Part shown: positions 24,743 to 36,685 of the stretch, one piece after another
Layout: each line of letters opens with the position of its first letter
Numbering within the stretch: the first letter of the stretch is position 1
Notes under the pieces: generated by a model
The model's database searches: none
What the model was told of the DNA's origin: nothing
What the model saw: the letters and a program-made list of their open reading frames with translations, nothing else
Made by a program: the position numbers and the translations under genes
Origin: Octopus bimaculoides
Taxonomy: Eukaryota
Length of the DNA stretch: 45,556 nucleotides
Direction of reading: 5' to 3'
NCBI RefSeq assembly: GCF_001194135.2
Contig: NC_068992.1
Coordinates: 15,764,143-15,809,698, forward strand

Positions 24743-25025
24743 CATTTTTGTCTTGAATGCCATGTTTTGCAAGTCTGAAAATTACTTGAACATTGTTTAC
24801 AGACTTAGAACTTGCCTTTTGATACATCTTTTCATTCATTCTAGTTCTAGATGAGACACTAGTTTCTCTCTTTGTTTTGTGAGTATGGGCACTAGTTCAC
24901 CATATTTGTTGCATTATGGGATAGTGCAAGACCATGTACTTTTTTCAAAATGGCTGGTGTTTGTGAGACTTCTGGTTTAAACAATGGCTTCTAGTACAGA
25001 ACGAAGTAAGAAGTTCAGGGAGAAA

Positions 25026-25097
25026 ATAAGAAGTGATCCTACCAAACTTATAAGAAGTGATCCTACCAAAATTATAAGAAGTGATCCTACCAAAATT
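25026..25097 (+). repeat. 24-bp tandem triplication ATAAGAAGTGATCCTACCAAA(C/A)TT
   Basis: Units at 25026, 25050 and 25074, in frame with the short ORF starting at 24984 (IRSDPTK[L/I] x3). Confidence 0.95.
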
Positions 25098-25924
25098 ATA
25101 AGAAAAATAACAGAGAAATGAAGACAAGGAAAAAAAGCAACTATGTCTGACAAAGAAAGAGAGAGAAGCTGGAAAACATCGAGAAAGCATTTGGTCTTCT
25201 CACAAAAAGCCACTGTAAAAGTATTTGTTGAGCCGGAGAACGCAGGCGTCTCTTCGTTTCCAAACAGAGTGCTTGCAAACAAGGTGGAATTGAGAGGAAT
25301 CGTGGACGAATCTGCTAACGATTTCATGTAACGATTCTTAAATTCTGGGGGAAAAGTGGACCATAGCTATTAAAGGATCTGTAGAAGTAATCGGAGAAGT
25401 TCCAACTGGAATTGATCAAGGAAGAATAGATGTGAAGTTCGGAAGACATATTATACATACGACTGGCGTCTGTAAGTAAGTGTTTACAACACCCGAAGTA
25501 CCTTGGCTTTGGGGTACTTGACCACACAGGAAGATACTGGTTAAAACATAAACGACAGGATAAAACGTAGTTGTCGAGGGGGTATCCAGGAATCAAGACC
25601 TGGACGCGGCTTGGCCTTACTTTAGAGTGTAAACGGCTAAGGGTCGAGACTTTCGTATCAGAGTAACTACGTCCCGAAAGACCTTCTGCTTTTTAACTCT
25701 CCTAAGAGTTACTACCACAATAGGAACTGTGCGGTCTGAATGACATATTATGCAATAGAATTGTGAAAATATTTGGAACTGTACTAGCTTTCAAATAATT
25801 TTAATATGCACGGATACGCACACACATGTTTACACGCTCACGCATATATAATATAACACACACACATATATATATATACATATGCATACACATAATAATT
25901 ATATATATATATATNNNNNNNNNN

Positions 25925-25958
<34 letters not shown>

Positions 25959-26454
25959 TTATATGTATTGTTTTTATATATACTCTTGGTGTTTTATTTT
26001 ATTTCATTTTTATGTTGTGGTAAGGATTAAAATATTTAATAAAATCTTTCAGGTTGTAAAGTAATTTATTTTACTTTCATTTGTCATGAATTAATTAAGA
26101 TTTAATGATAGATTAATAATAGCTATAATTACGTAGCAATAATAATAATTTAATGATTGATTTAAACTAATTTCAATTTTCTCAAATTAATTCGCATACA
26201 GAGATAATTTTTCAGACAGGTAAACACACAAATATGTGCGTGCGCACACACACACATACATGCATGTATAGTTGTGTATTTACGAATGTGTTTCTTTGTG
26301 TGTATATGTTGGTATGATGGTGCGTACATATATTTGTGTGTCTGTACATATACAAAAACAATGTGTATGTGTGTGTGTGTGTGTGTGTGTACGTACACCA
26401 TTCAGTCACTGATTTCCTGGCTGTTTACTGTTATTGTTGACACTTCTAGTCTCT

Positions 26455-26597
26455 TTTCTGCTGCTGCTGCTGCTACTACTACTACTACCACTGCTGCTAC
26501 TACTGTTGCTGCTACAGTTACTACTGCTGCTGCTACTTTTACTACTACTACTGCCTCTACTACTGCTGCTACTACTACTACTACTACTACTACTATC
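26455..26597. repeat. (CTG)n/(CTA)n mixed trinucleotide repeat
   Basis: Direct reading. Confidence 0.93.
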
Positions 26598-26599
26598 CT

Positions 26600-27303
26600 T
26601 TTCTTTTCTACTCTAGGTACAAGGCCTGAAATTTTGGGGGAGGGGCCAGTCGATTAGATCGATCCCAGTACGCAACTGGTACTTAATTTTATCAATCCCG
26701 GCGGAATTTGAACTCAGAACGTAAAGACAGACAAAATACCGCTAAGCATTTCGCCCGGCGTGCTAACGTTTCTTATTTCTTTACTACCCACAAGGGGCTA
26801 CACACACAGAGGGGACAAANNNNNNNNNNCGGCGTGCTAACGTTTCTTATTTCTTTACTACCCACAAGGGGCTACACACACAGAGGGGACAAACAAGGAC
26901 AGACAAACGGATTAAGTCGATTATATCGACCTCAGTGCGTAACTGGTACTTAGGTACTTAATTTATCGACTCTGAAAGGATGACAAGTAAAGTCGACCTC
27001 GGCGGAATTTGAACTCAGAACGTAGCGACAGACAAAATACTGCTAAGCATTTTGCTCGGCGTGCTAACGTTTCTTATTTCTTTACTACCCACAAGGGGCT
27101 ACACACACAGAGGGGACAAACAAGGACAGACAAACGGATTAAGTCGATTATATCGATCCCAGTGCGTAACTGGTACTTATTTAATCGACCCCTAAAGAAT
27201 GAAAGGCAAAGTCGACCTCGGCGGAATTTGAACTCAGAACGTAGCAGCAGACGAAATACTGCTAAGCATATTGCCCAGCGTGCTAACGTTTCTGCCAGCT
27301 CGC
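26600..27303 (-). mobile_element. SINE family B multimer (3-4 head-to-tail units)
   Basis: Full head at 27303; junction AAAGAAATAAG|AAACGTTAGCACGCC at about 27070, 26843 and 26773; the last unit carries tail 2; a 10-N gap at 26820-26829 has duplicated flanks. Confidence 0.88.
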
Positions 27304-27306
27304 CGC

Positions 27307-27560
27307 TGATAATGCCGTGCTTGGAGATATACGAGTGAATGATAAAGAACCAGAAAAGATGAAAATTATAAGCCACTAAAAGATGAGATTGCATAAACGT
27401 GGGTAATGAGGAGAGTAACTGTTATCCCAGTGGTTGTAGGTGCACTGGGAGCAATAACAACGAGATACGACTCTTGTGAATACCGTAAGATAAGACTCTC
27501 GCGAATAGAGCGCCACTCCATTGTAGAAGATACTTCACTGTGAGAAGTATTTAATTCAGG
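27307..27560 (+). mobile_element. R4/Dong-clade non-LTR retrotransposon, C-terminal RLE endonuclease fragment
   Basis: DNAVLGDIRVNDKEPEKM, one frameshift, then ENYKPLKDEIA*TWVMRRVTVIPVVVGALGAITT. This matches the D..VP.D.RV..KE.EK..KY..LK.EI..W....V.VIPVV.GALG signature of R4-type restriction-like endonucleases. Confidence 0.8.
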
Positions 27561-28085
27561 GCCGCAAACAAAGGTCGTAATCTTAAATATCATAGTCAGC
27601 TCACCATTTCCAGCAGTGACTTTCATCACATGAATGGAAATATTTAGAACTTGGCAGACAGGGCTGTTTAGAGTTAAAAGTTTTGTTCACCGAATCAAAG
27701 CAGTATCTTTAATAAGAACGAGCGAACTCTCGGTTAGTGGAGAAGCAAATATTCCGGCTCAGGTAACCTCATTGTCGACAACAAACAACAGAAAAACCCT
27801 CCCCACGTCAAATCCACGTATTGATTGATAGAAAATCGCAGAGCTTGCCATCTCGTAATTGAATGAGATGTCTAATATATCTATTGAATTTGCCTGTTTT
27901 GGAATTCAGCTAGACTTGATCAATTTCGAAATTACAGGAGTTTGGCAATTGTAGGTAATCAAATTAGTAGTGACCGGCAATGCCAACCTAAACGAAGTAA
28001 AATTAGACGACTGGTCAATCTTTAACGTTTTTATAGTAGCTGTCAAATTTACTGAGAGATAGTGTCATTTATTCCGAGGTGTATG

Positions 28086-28119
<34 letters not shown>

Positions 28120-28336
28120 TGTATGTATGTATGTATGTATGTATGTATGTATGTGTGTGTGGTGCGCGCGCGGGCGTTTGTGTACGTGTGTGTATAAAGA
28201 TTTATATATGCGTAAGTACGTATGCATAGACTAAGACAAGATTGTGTGGTAAAACGGTTTATCATATATATATATATATATATATATATANNNNNNNNNN
28301 NNNNNNNNNNNNNNNNNNNNNNNNNNNNNNNNNNNN

Positions 28337-28389
28337 TAAACACACCAGCATCGGTTGTCAAGCGATGGTGGTGGGGGGGACAAACACAG

Positions 28390-28428
<39 letters not shown>

Positions 28429-28599
28429 CTTATATACGACGGGCTTCTTTCAGTTTCCGTCTACCAAATCCACTCACAAGGCTTTGGTCGGCCCGAGGCT
28501 ATAGTAGAAGACACTTGCCCAAGGTGCTACGCAGTGGGACTGAACCCGGAACCATGTGGTTGGTAAGCAAGATACTTACCACACAGCCACTCCTGCGCC
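28337..28599 (-). mobile_element. SINE family C (3' part in gap)
   Basis: Near-identical to the 3110 and 6783 copies. Confidence 0.9.
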
Positions 28600-28744
28600 T
28601 GTATATCTATATATATATATATATATACACGTACACATACATATCGCCTTGCCTATTCCCACACTCATTGCTAAGGAGTCGAAGAACATGTACGCATGCT
28701 CCATCTCTCTCCAATGATTTCTGTCTCTGACTATTGTTGTGCAT

Positions 28745-29095
28745 CCGTGGCACCTTGGGCATGTGTCTTCTGCTATAGCCTCGAGCCGATCAAAGCCTTG
28801 TGAGTAGATTTGGTAGCGGAAACTGAAAGAAGCCCGTCGTATATATATATGTATATATATCAAAATATATATACATGTATAAATTTGTGTCTGTGTTTGT
28901 CTCCTAACATCACTTGACAGCGGTTGTAGGTGTGTTTACGTCCTCAGAACTTAGCGGTTCGGCAAAAGAGATCGATAAATAATTACCAGGCTTACAAAGA
29001 ATAAGTCCTGGAGTCGATTGGTTCGATTTGACTAAAGGTGGTGCTCCAGCATGGCCGTAGTCAAATGACTGAAACAAGGAAAAGAATAAAAGAAT
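28745..29095 (+). mobile_element. SINE family C, 5'-truncated
   Basis: CGTGGCACCTTGGGCATGTGTCTTC...GAAACTGAAAGAAGCCCGTCG...GGTGCTCCAGCATGGCCGTAGTCAAATGACTGAAAC. Confidence 0.9.
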
Positions 29096-29141
29096 GTAAA
29101 GATGCTTCGTCCAAGATATTGAGAAATAAATGTCTTGATAT

Positions 29142-29400
29142 AATGGCACTCCATCGGTTACGACGACGAGGGTCCCAGTCGATTCAATCAGTGGAACAGC
29201 TTGAGGGCTCCGCAGACACGCGTACTTTTAACGTAGTCCTCAGGGAAATTCAACGTGATACAAAATGGAGCAAGGATGGCCCATTGACTTTCAAGTAAAG
29301 CTCATTTTTGTCAGCTTAATGGACTGGAGCAACGTGAAATAAAGTGCCTTGCTTAAGGGCAAAACGCGCCGCTGAATATCTCTAACCAATAAACCACACG
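29142..29400 (-). mobile_element. Family O tail fragment (about 29142-29300) adjacent to a family A middle fragment (about 29305-29400)
   Basis: GGCACTCCATCGGTTACGACGACGAGGGTCCCAG (O tail, reverse complement) followed by GGACTGGAGCAACGTGAAATAAAGTGCC (A middle, reverse complement). Confidence 0.7.
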
Positions 29401-30946
29401 CCCTCAAATTTCTTGATATAGAAACCTGGCCAAACAATGAAAGGACAGGTAGATGACCTCTCCATAATTCAACACGATACTGACCGTCTATATAAACCTT
29501 GTTCCCATGTAATTATGTATAAATACTAGACAGATCCAACTGTCATTTTCATAATTAAACTACGAGTAATATATCGTAATGTGATGAAATTATTCTAGAG
29601 AAATTAATATACCCTTTCGACTGATTTAAGTTAATTATTACAACGATAACGATTCTAAAGAGGATAAAATATTCTTCATAATTCTTCATTTCATTCGCTT
29701 CCAATTGTTATGCTCCGAATAATTATATCCAATTAGGAACAATTTATCATCTCCCTTCTCTCACTTTCTCTCTCATCTTTGGCTCTTTCTCCATGGGTGC
29801 ACATACCTATTTATGATATGTATGCATATGTGTGCACTTATATGTATATGTATATATATATATATNNNNNNNNNNNNNNNNNNNNNNNNNNNNNNNNNNN
29901 NNNNNNNNNNNNNNNNNNNNNNNNNNNNNNNNNNNNNNNNNNNNNNNNNNNNNNNNNNNNNNNNNNNNNNNNNNNNNNNNNNNNNNNNNNNNNNNNNNNN
30001 NNNNNNNNNNNNNNNNNNNNNNNNNNNNNNNNNNNNNNNNNNNNNNNNNNNNNNNNNNNNNNNNNNNNNNNNNNNNNNNNNNNNNNNNNNNNNNNNNNNN
30101 NNNNNNNNNNNNNNNNNNNNNNNNNNNNNNNNNNNNNNNNNNNNNNNNNNNNNNNNNNNNNNNNNNNNNNNNNNNNNNNNNNNNNNNNNNNNNNNNNNNN
30201 NNNNNNNNNNNNNNNNNNNNNNNNNNNNNNNNNNNNNNNNNNNNNNNNNNNNNNNNNNNNNNNNNNNNNNNNNNNNNNNNNNNNNNNNNNNNNNNNNNNN
30301 NNNNNNNNNNNNNNNNNNNNNNNNNNNNNNNNNNNNNNNNNNNNNNNNNNNNNNNNNNNNNNNNNNNNNNNNNNNNNNNNNNNNNNNNNNNNNNNNNNNN
30401 NNNNNNNNNNNNNNNNNNNNNNNNNNNNNNNNNNNNNNNNNNNNNNNNNNNNNNNNNNNNNNNNNNNNNNNNNNNNNNNNNNNNNNNNNNNNNNNNNNNN
30501 NNNNNNNNNNNNNNNNNNNNNNNNNNNNNNNNNNNNNNNNNNNNNNNNNNNNNNNNNNNNNNNNNNNNNNNNNNNNNNNNNNNNNNNNNNNNNNNNNNNN
30601 NNNNNNNNNNNNNNNNNNNNNNNNNNNNNNNNNNNNNNNNNNNNNNNNNNNNNNNNNNNNNNNNNNNNNNNNNNNNNNNNNNNNNNNNNNNNNNNNNNNN
30701 NNNNNNNNNNNNNNNNNNNNNNNNNNNNNNNNNNNNNNNNNNNNNNNNNNNNNNNNNNNNNNNNNNNNNNNNNNNNNNNNNNNNNNNNNNNNNNNNNNNN
30801 NNNNNNCTGTATCCAAAACTCCTAGTTCAGGTACATTTTTCACAACAGAGAAAAACAATTCTTGCTGGTCTGTATTATTTATATCTTTTATTTTCATCAT
30901 CATAACATTTTCAACAACTTTTTCCTCCAGTGTTTTTACCGTAAGA

Positions 30947-31337
30947 GTGGAGGCGCAATGGCCCAGTGGTTAGGGCAGCGGACTCACGGTCATAGGATCG
31001 CGGTTTCGATTCCCAGACCGGGCGTTGTGAGTGTTTATTGAGCGAAAACACCTCAAGCTCCACGAGGCTCAGGCAGGGGATGGTGGCGAACCCTGCTGCA
31101 CTCTTCCACCACAACGCTCTCTCAACTCTTACTTCCTGTTTCTGTTGTGCCTGTAATTCAAAGGGCCAGCCTTGTCACACTCTGCGTCACGCTGAATATC
31201 CCCGAGAACTACGTTAAGGGTACACTTGTCTGTGGAGTGCTCAGCCACTTGCACGTTAATTTCACGAGCAGGCTGTTCGGTTGATCGGATCAACTGGAAC
31301 CCTCGTCGTCGTAAGCGACGGAGTGCCAACAGACAGA
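30947..31337 (+). mobile_element. SINE family O, full length, 10-bp TSD
   Basis: A-box TGGCCCAGTGG and B-box GGTTTCGATTCC; TSD TTACCGTAAG at 30936-30945 and 31338-31347. Octopus tRNA-derived SINE families OK/OR1/OR2 are published, but I have not assigned this family to one of them. Confidence 0.93.
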
Positions 31338-31549
31338 TTACCGTAAGCATTACATCCATTATTGCTACTTTCACCTTATCTTTATTTGTATTTCACTCTT
31401 GCCAGCATCATTTTGACCTTATTCTTCTCCACATATTCTATATCCTTAAACTAAATCTTAAGAAGTTAGTTTTGTTTTTCTTCTTCTTCTTCCCTTCACC
31501 TACATCTTCTCTTCCTTTCTTTTATTTGTGTGTATATTTGTATGTGAGA

Positions 31550-31800
31550 ATACGTTTGTTTCGGAGTGTAAGTTTCTGTGTGTGTTTGTGTTTATATGTA
31601 TTCGTGTACAATGCGTTTGTGTGTGTGTGTGTGTGTGCGTGTATGCATTTGAGTCTGTGTGTGTGCTTGTATGTTTGTGCTTAAATGAATTCGTGTTGAT
31701 ACGTTTGTGTGTGCGAACGTTTGTATGTGTGTGTGAATGTTTGTATGTGTGTGTGAATGTTTGTATGTGTGTGTGAATGTTTGTATGTGTGTGCATTTGT
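31550..31800. repeat. GT-rich complex repeat including a 20-bp unit (GTGTGTGAATGTTTGTATGT) x3
   Basis: Direct reading. Confidence 0.85.
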
Positions 31801-32557
31801 ATCTCTCCGCCTGTATAAGTGAGTATATATGTCTGTTGTATTTTTCCTGCCTTCCATAAGGATATTACTGCCCGGTTTCCTCCCATACTCATATTTCTCG
31901 ATTGTGACAAGTACAATACATGACCTAGACAATCTTAACCTATCTAATCGTACCTAATATATTCCTTAACCTATTTCCTGTTAACTTTATCACATTTAAC
32001 CATTCGACCTCACTCAGACATCTTCTCCCTTGTTTCTATTGCCCTTTCATTCTCAATTTCTACACAACACCTTTTTCATCTTTCATCTTCAACAGTGTTT
32101 TTGAAACATCATCATTATCATAGGTGCTATATACACAACTATCGCCTGTCATCTATTTTTATCTCATTATTTCAGTTTTACTATTGTAGTCATTTGTAAT
32201 CATCAGTAGTATAATTTCTTGCTCACATATAAACATACATACGAACACACACACACTTACACATACACACATATATGTTTATAATTGAAAGTATTAGTGA
32301 TAGGAATTACATACGCCACAATCGAAATAAAGTAGTCAGAACCTATTAAGCTGATTTGAAACATTTACTTAAACGAACGGTGACAGGGTGAACGGTATTT
32401 ATTGAAAGGAAACTAATGGAATAGCAATGAATATTTGACAACATTAAGAAAGATAGTGACGGAACGTAGAAGAGAGGAGAGTGGGTACAGAGAAAAAGGA
32501 AAAGCAGATAGAAAACGACGTCACTTCATTCAGAGAACGCGAATCCTAAAATATGGC

Positions 32558-32592
<35 letters not shown>

Positions 32593-32897
32593 TATTTTGT
32601 TTAAAAGAGTTCCAACACTGTCTGTTTTTTATGTTTTATTTATATTCCTGCAAAACCAATGTGGGATATAGAATATGGAATATACAATATATAATATAAT
32701 ATACAATATATAATATAAAATAAAAATGGATGGTACAATGAAATAAAGTATTGAATGTCTTATTGAATATATGGAATATGTCTTATTGAATAAATGAAAT
32801 ATTGAGTGTTCAATATAAAGGATTAAATATATAAAGGCGAATACGTATTTGCTATACCTTGTGGTATTTCATCATGGCCGGTATGACAGACTTTAAC

Positions 32898-32941
<44 letters not shown>

Positions 32942-33828
32942 CGAGGGGGGACCCAAAAGAAGCCGGAATTTCGCAATATCATTTTATTTACTTATTTTAA
33001 CCTGTTTACACTTTTGTCGCCTTCAAAATGTTCTCTATTTGAAGCAAGGCATTGGTCCAGGCGCATTTTCTACTATTCGAAGCAGTACTGGGACTCTTGC
33101 GAAGTGGTTCCTTTTAACAGCTCCGTCAGTCTTTTTTCTTCACCTATTCTGCATCTGCAAATTACGTAGCACCACTTTTCGTCACCAGTAATGATCTTCG
33201 AGAAAATGGTCCGGATCCACCTCTAACTTCTTTCGGTTCCCGACACGCATTCAATCGTGACTGCTTTTGATCTTCCGTGAGCAAGCGAGACACAAATTTT
33301 GCTGCAACTCTTTTCATTCGCATTCTTCGCTCAAAATTTGTTGGTAGGAGCTCCAGGACACACCAGTCATATCAACAAGTTCGTCAGTTGTTCGGTGAAG
33401 GTCCTCCAAGATCAGTTCATGAATTTTCCTGAGGTTTTCATTCGTTCGGGAGGTCGTCAGTCGTCCTGAACGAAGTTGGTCTTCAAGCGACAATTGACCA
33501 TTGCTAAAGTTTGCAAACCACTCGTTATCTTGTGTTTTGCTCATAGCAACGTCCTTGGAAGCTTTTTGAAGCATGATAATTGTTTTGGCCGCCGTTTTCC
33601 CCAACAGAAAACAGAATTTCACAGAAGTACGCGGTTCCTTCGTTTCAGCCATCGCAAAAATCAACGAACAGGGGAAAAGCACTGTAAAACAAAGACGCTC
33701 TACGTTGCAGTACGACCCCAGCTGATGATGCCGGTCGGCAGACTGATGTCTGAGGATCGCATCCAGTGGCTTCTAACGGCGGAAGCCTGAACTACTACGG
33801 GTTTCCAGTTACTTTTGGCTACCTCTCG
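32942..33828 (-). mobile_element. Internally deleted mariner transposon (887 bp)
   Basis: TIRs CGAGGGGGGACCCAAAAGAAGCCGGAAT and CGAGAGGTAGCCAAAAGTAACTGGAAAC (reverse complement) with TA on both sides. Transposase remnants MAETKE..VKFCFLLGKTA (ATG at 33652), EDQLRSGR, IITGDEKWCY, joined directly to the C-terminal KMRLDQCLASNREHFEGDK. Confidence 0.95.
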
Positions 33829-34268
33829 TATATAATTTAGGGGAAATATGTTTGATAATACCTAGTTGCTCTTAATGTGGGTAATCTTAGAAGGGCCAGG
33901 CTGTTGAATTTAAATGAAGGCTGTTGAAATGTGTATGTAAAGTTGAAGATGCTACGCCGATGTACATATAACAGTATTAAGAATATATTGTTTTCCATAA
34001 ATATAAGATAAAGTATAGAAAAAAGACTCGAGTATGTGGAGAACAAATGATTAAATAAATACAGGTACATCACGGAAAATTTGGTTTCAGATTCTTTTCT
34101 GATTATCAATATTCCAAATCAAATGACGCCAATAATTTTCCATCACATCCCTTGCATAAGTAAATTGATATCTCCCATGTTGCTAAAACAACATGTACTG
34201 TTAGAAATTTGAATTAAGTAAATATTCAATGATTAAATGAAATCCAGGAGTGTGCATGCTACGAGAGT

Positions 34269-34350
34269 AAATTAATACAATCTGTATTAATGAAATATCA
34301 TAGTAATTAAAATTAATACAATCTGTATTAATGAAATATCATAGTAATTA
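34269..34350. repeat. 41-bp direct tandem duplication
   Basis: AAATTAATACAATCTGTATTAATGAAATATCATAGTAATTA x2; each unit holds the inverted repeat TTAATACA-ATC-TGTATTAA. Confidence 0.95.
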
Positions 34351-35924
34351 AACAAGTTGCTGTATTGAATACGCATTGAATTAATTCGGTTTTTGCATTT
34401 GGTTTGCAAGATTCTTGACCTGAACTTGTGAGTCGAAACAGACTTCGTTGCATCTCGGGAGGGCCATTATACCAATAATAAATACACGCACCGGTTCTAT
34501 TTCACATCTTTTATAATTATTAGCATTTAACCGATTTATTAAAACGCTTATTTGAGTAATCGTTCGGTCAATCAGTCAATCAGGTTTGTCAAAATTCTTT
34601 CATTAGGGGTACTCATTTTTCAGCTGGCAACCACGACACCTTATGTAGATTTATTCTATAGCACTGAATCAGAATATTCAAATGTAATTCATAGAATATT
34701 TGCATGTTAAACCGAGACTAGAATTTTCACATAATGAATTAGAACAATTAGACACGTCGAAAATGTCTCCTTATTCGGCATTTCTTCAAAACTGTATTGA
34801 ATTATTTGATTATACTTGGCTCGACAACCGCCGCTATTTGAGATCGATTTTAGTTACTATGATTCTTGTGAAAAGTTTGTTATACTAAATTTTTAATAAA
34901 ATTTTGAATAACATGTAGTTACTGACTGAAATAAAGAAACATAGTAAAAATTTCCATTGTTGTAGTTGACAAGGATTATTACAATTTCATATGTAGACGG
35001 ATAACAGTCGTTGGCTATTTTTAATTTTGGTTTTATTTTTATTCATGTATCACCGAAGGCTAATTCCACGCTTTGAGCGTGTATTCATAGAGAACATCTA
35101 TTTTCCATTTTAATTAAAAATTAATAATTACTAGAACTCACTTCTTGAAAATTGAGACAAAAAGATTTTAAATTAGTGAATTCAATCCGAATTATGTTAC
35201 ACTAAAACACAATATCTTTTACAATGGCCTTCTAGAAAAAAAAAAAAGACAGCTAACAGATTGTCCAGCGATGCATAATAAACAAAAATCGTAAATTTAT
35301 TCAATAATAGCAATCGTATTCAACGTCAGTGTTTTAACTATTCGTCTACCCATGCTTTCAAAAGTTAAGTTTATTTCATATCCAAATCTTTGACTTGTTT
35401 CTCAATCAAAGATGTTTTACGTGGATTTTCATAATAGTCATTGTAGCTGATTTTTCTCTTTTGTCCCACTTGGCTTATACAACTTAAACTGGGCTCGGAA
35501 CGCTTAATTTGGGTTGATGCAATTTAATCTGGGGTTCATCTGTTTAGAGTTTTGTTTCACTGTTACTGTTGGAAAATATCGAGTCGATAGGAAAAACAGA
35601 AAAAAAAAAAAAAAATTGGAGGAAACAATTCTTGCGTACTTCGTTCTTTGCTTTTGTTCACAAACTTTCTTTCAAATAGCTTGAAAGGACGATATCCCTT
35701 AGATGTCATTGATGGCGTTACTTTTATCTGGATGTTTACCAAGAGATAGCGCTTCAAATATGTTGCATTCATCTTTTGCCATGAGGCAATGAAAGAAGAC
35801 ATTATTGTTGTTCTTGTCGCTGTTATTACTGGTATTTCTTTACAGCTCTTTCCGCCGAGATCACATTTGCCATTCACCCTTAAGAGGATGATAATATAAA
35901 GTACTAACCGTGTACCCTTGTCGC

Positions 35925-36120
35925 ACAAAATACTTAGCGACCTTTCTTTCGTATGTTCATGTTCTTAGTTCAAATCCAACCGAATTCAACTTTGCCGTAC
36001 ATCCTTTCAAGAGATCGATAAAATAAAAAAAAGTAGCAGTCAAGTATTGAGGTTCGATGTAACCGACTTTACACTTTCTATCGAAATTGTAAGCTTCGTA
36101 CCAAAATTAGAAGCAGCAAT
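35925..36120 (+). mobile_element. SINE family B, diverged
   Basis: GTTCAAATCCAACCGAATTCAACTTTGCC...GATAAAAT...GATGTAACCGAC...CCAAAATTAGAAGC. Confidence 0.7.
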
Positions 36121-36121
36121 A

Positions 36122-36503
36122 TGTGTTGTTGGCACTCCGTCGCTTACGACGTCGAGGGTTCCAGTTGATCCGATCAACGGAACAGCCTGCTTGTGAAATT
36201 ACCGTGCAAGTGGCTGAGCACTCCACAGACACGTGTACCCTTAACGTAGTTCTCGGGGATATTCAGCGTGACACAGTGTGACAAGGCTGACCCTTTGAAT
36301 TACAGGCACAACAGAAACAGGAAGTAAGAGAAAGTTGTGGTGAAAGAGTACAGCAGGGTTCACCGCCATCCCCTGCCGGAGCCTCGTGGAGCTTTTAGGT
36401 GTTTTCGCTCAATAAACACTCACAACGCCCGGTCTGGGAATCGAAACCGCGATCGTATGACCGCGAGTCCGCTGCCCTAACCACTGGGCCATTGCGCCTC
36501 CAC
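36122..36503 (-). mobile_element. SINE family O, full length, 14-bp TSD with one mismatch
   Basis: Reverse complement of the 30947 copy (about 90-95% identical by eye); TSD TAGAAGCAGCAATA at 36108-36121 and TAGAAACAGCAATA at 36504-36517; inserted at the 3' end of the family B copy. Confidence 0.93.
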
Positions 36504-36599
36504 TAGAAACAGCAATAACAACAATAATAAAAAAGAAATTATTATTTTTGTTGTTGTTGCTATTGTCGTCTTTGATATCATCATCGTATTTTCAATTAC

Positions 36600-36612
36600 A
36601 ACAACAACAACG

Positions 36613-36684
<72 letters not shown>

Positions 36685-36685
36685 T
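36600..36685. repeat. (CAA)n microsatellite
   Basis: Direct reading. Confidence 0.97.

Noticed and set aside
26757-27130. Regularly spaced repeats resembling a CRISPR array
   Set aside because: The spacers are themselves repeats (whole SINE units), there are no cas genes, and the DNA is eukaryotic.
27840-28040. Second TAAT/AATT-rich patch faintly similar to the 14453 array
   Set aside because: No consistent periodicity; expected by chance in AT-rich DNA.
30947-31025. tRNA-like sequence with A and B boxes (also at the heads of families A, B and C)
   Set aside because: No complete cloverleaf or acceptor stem; each continues into a SINE body with TSDs.
35563-35928. 121-aa minus-strand ORF
   Set aside because: No domain recognised; it starts in a SINE and runs through a homopolymer tract.
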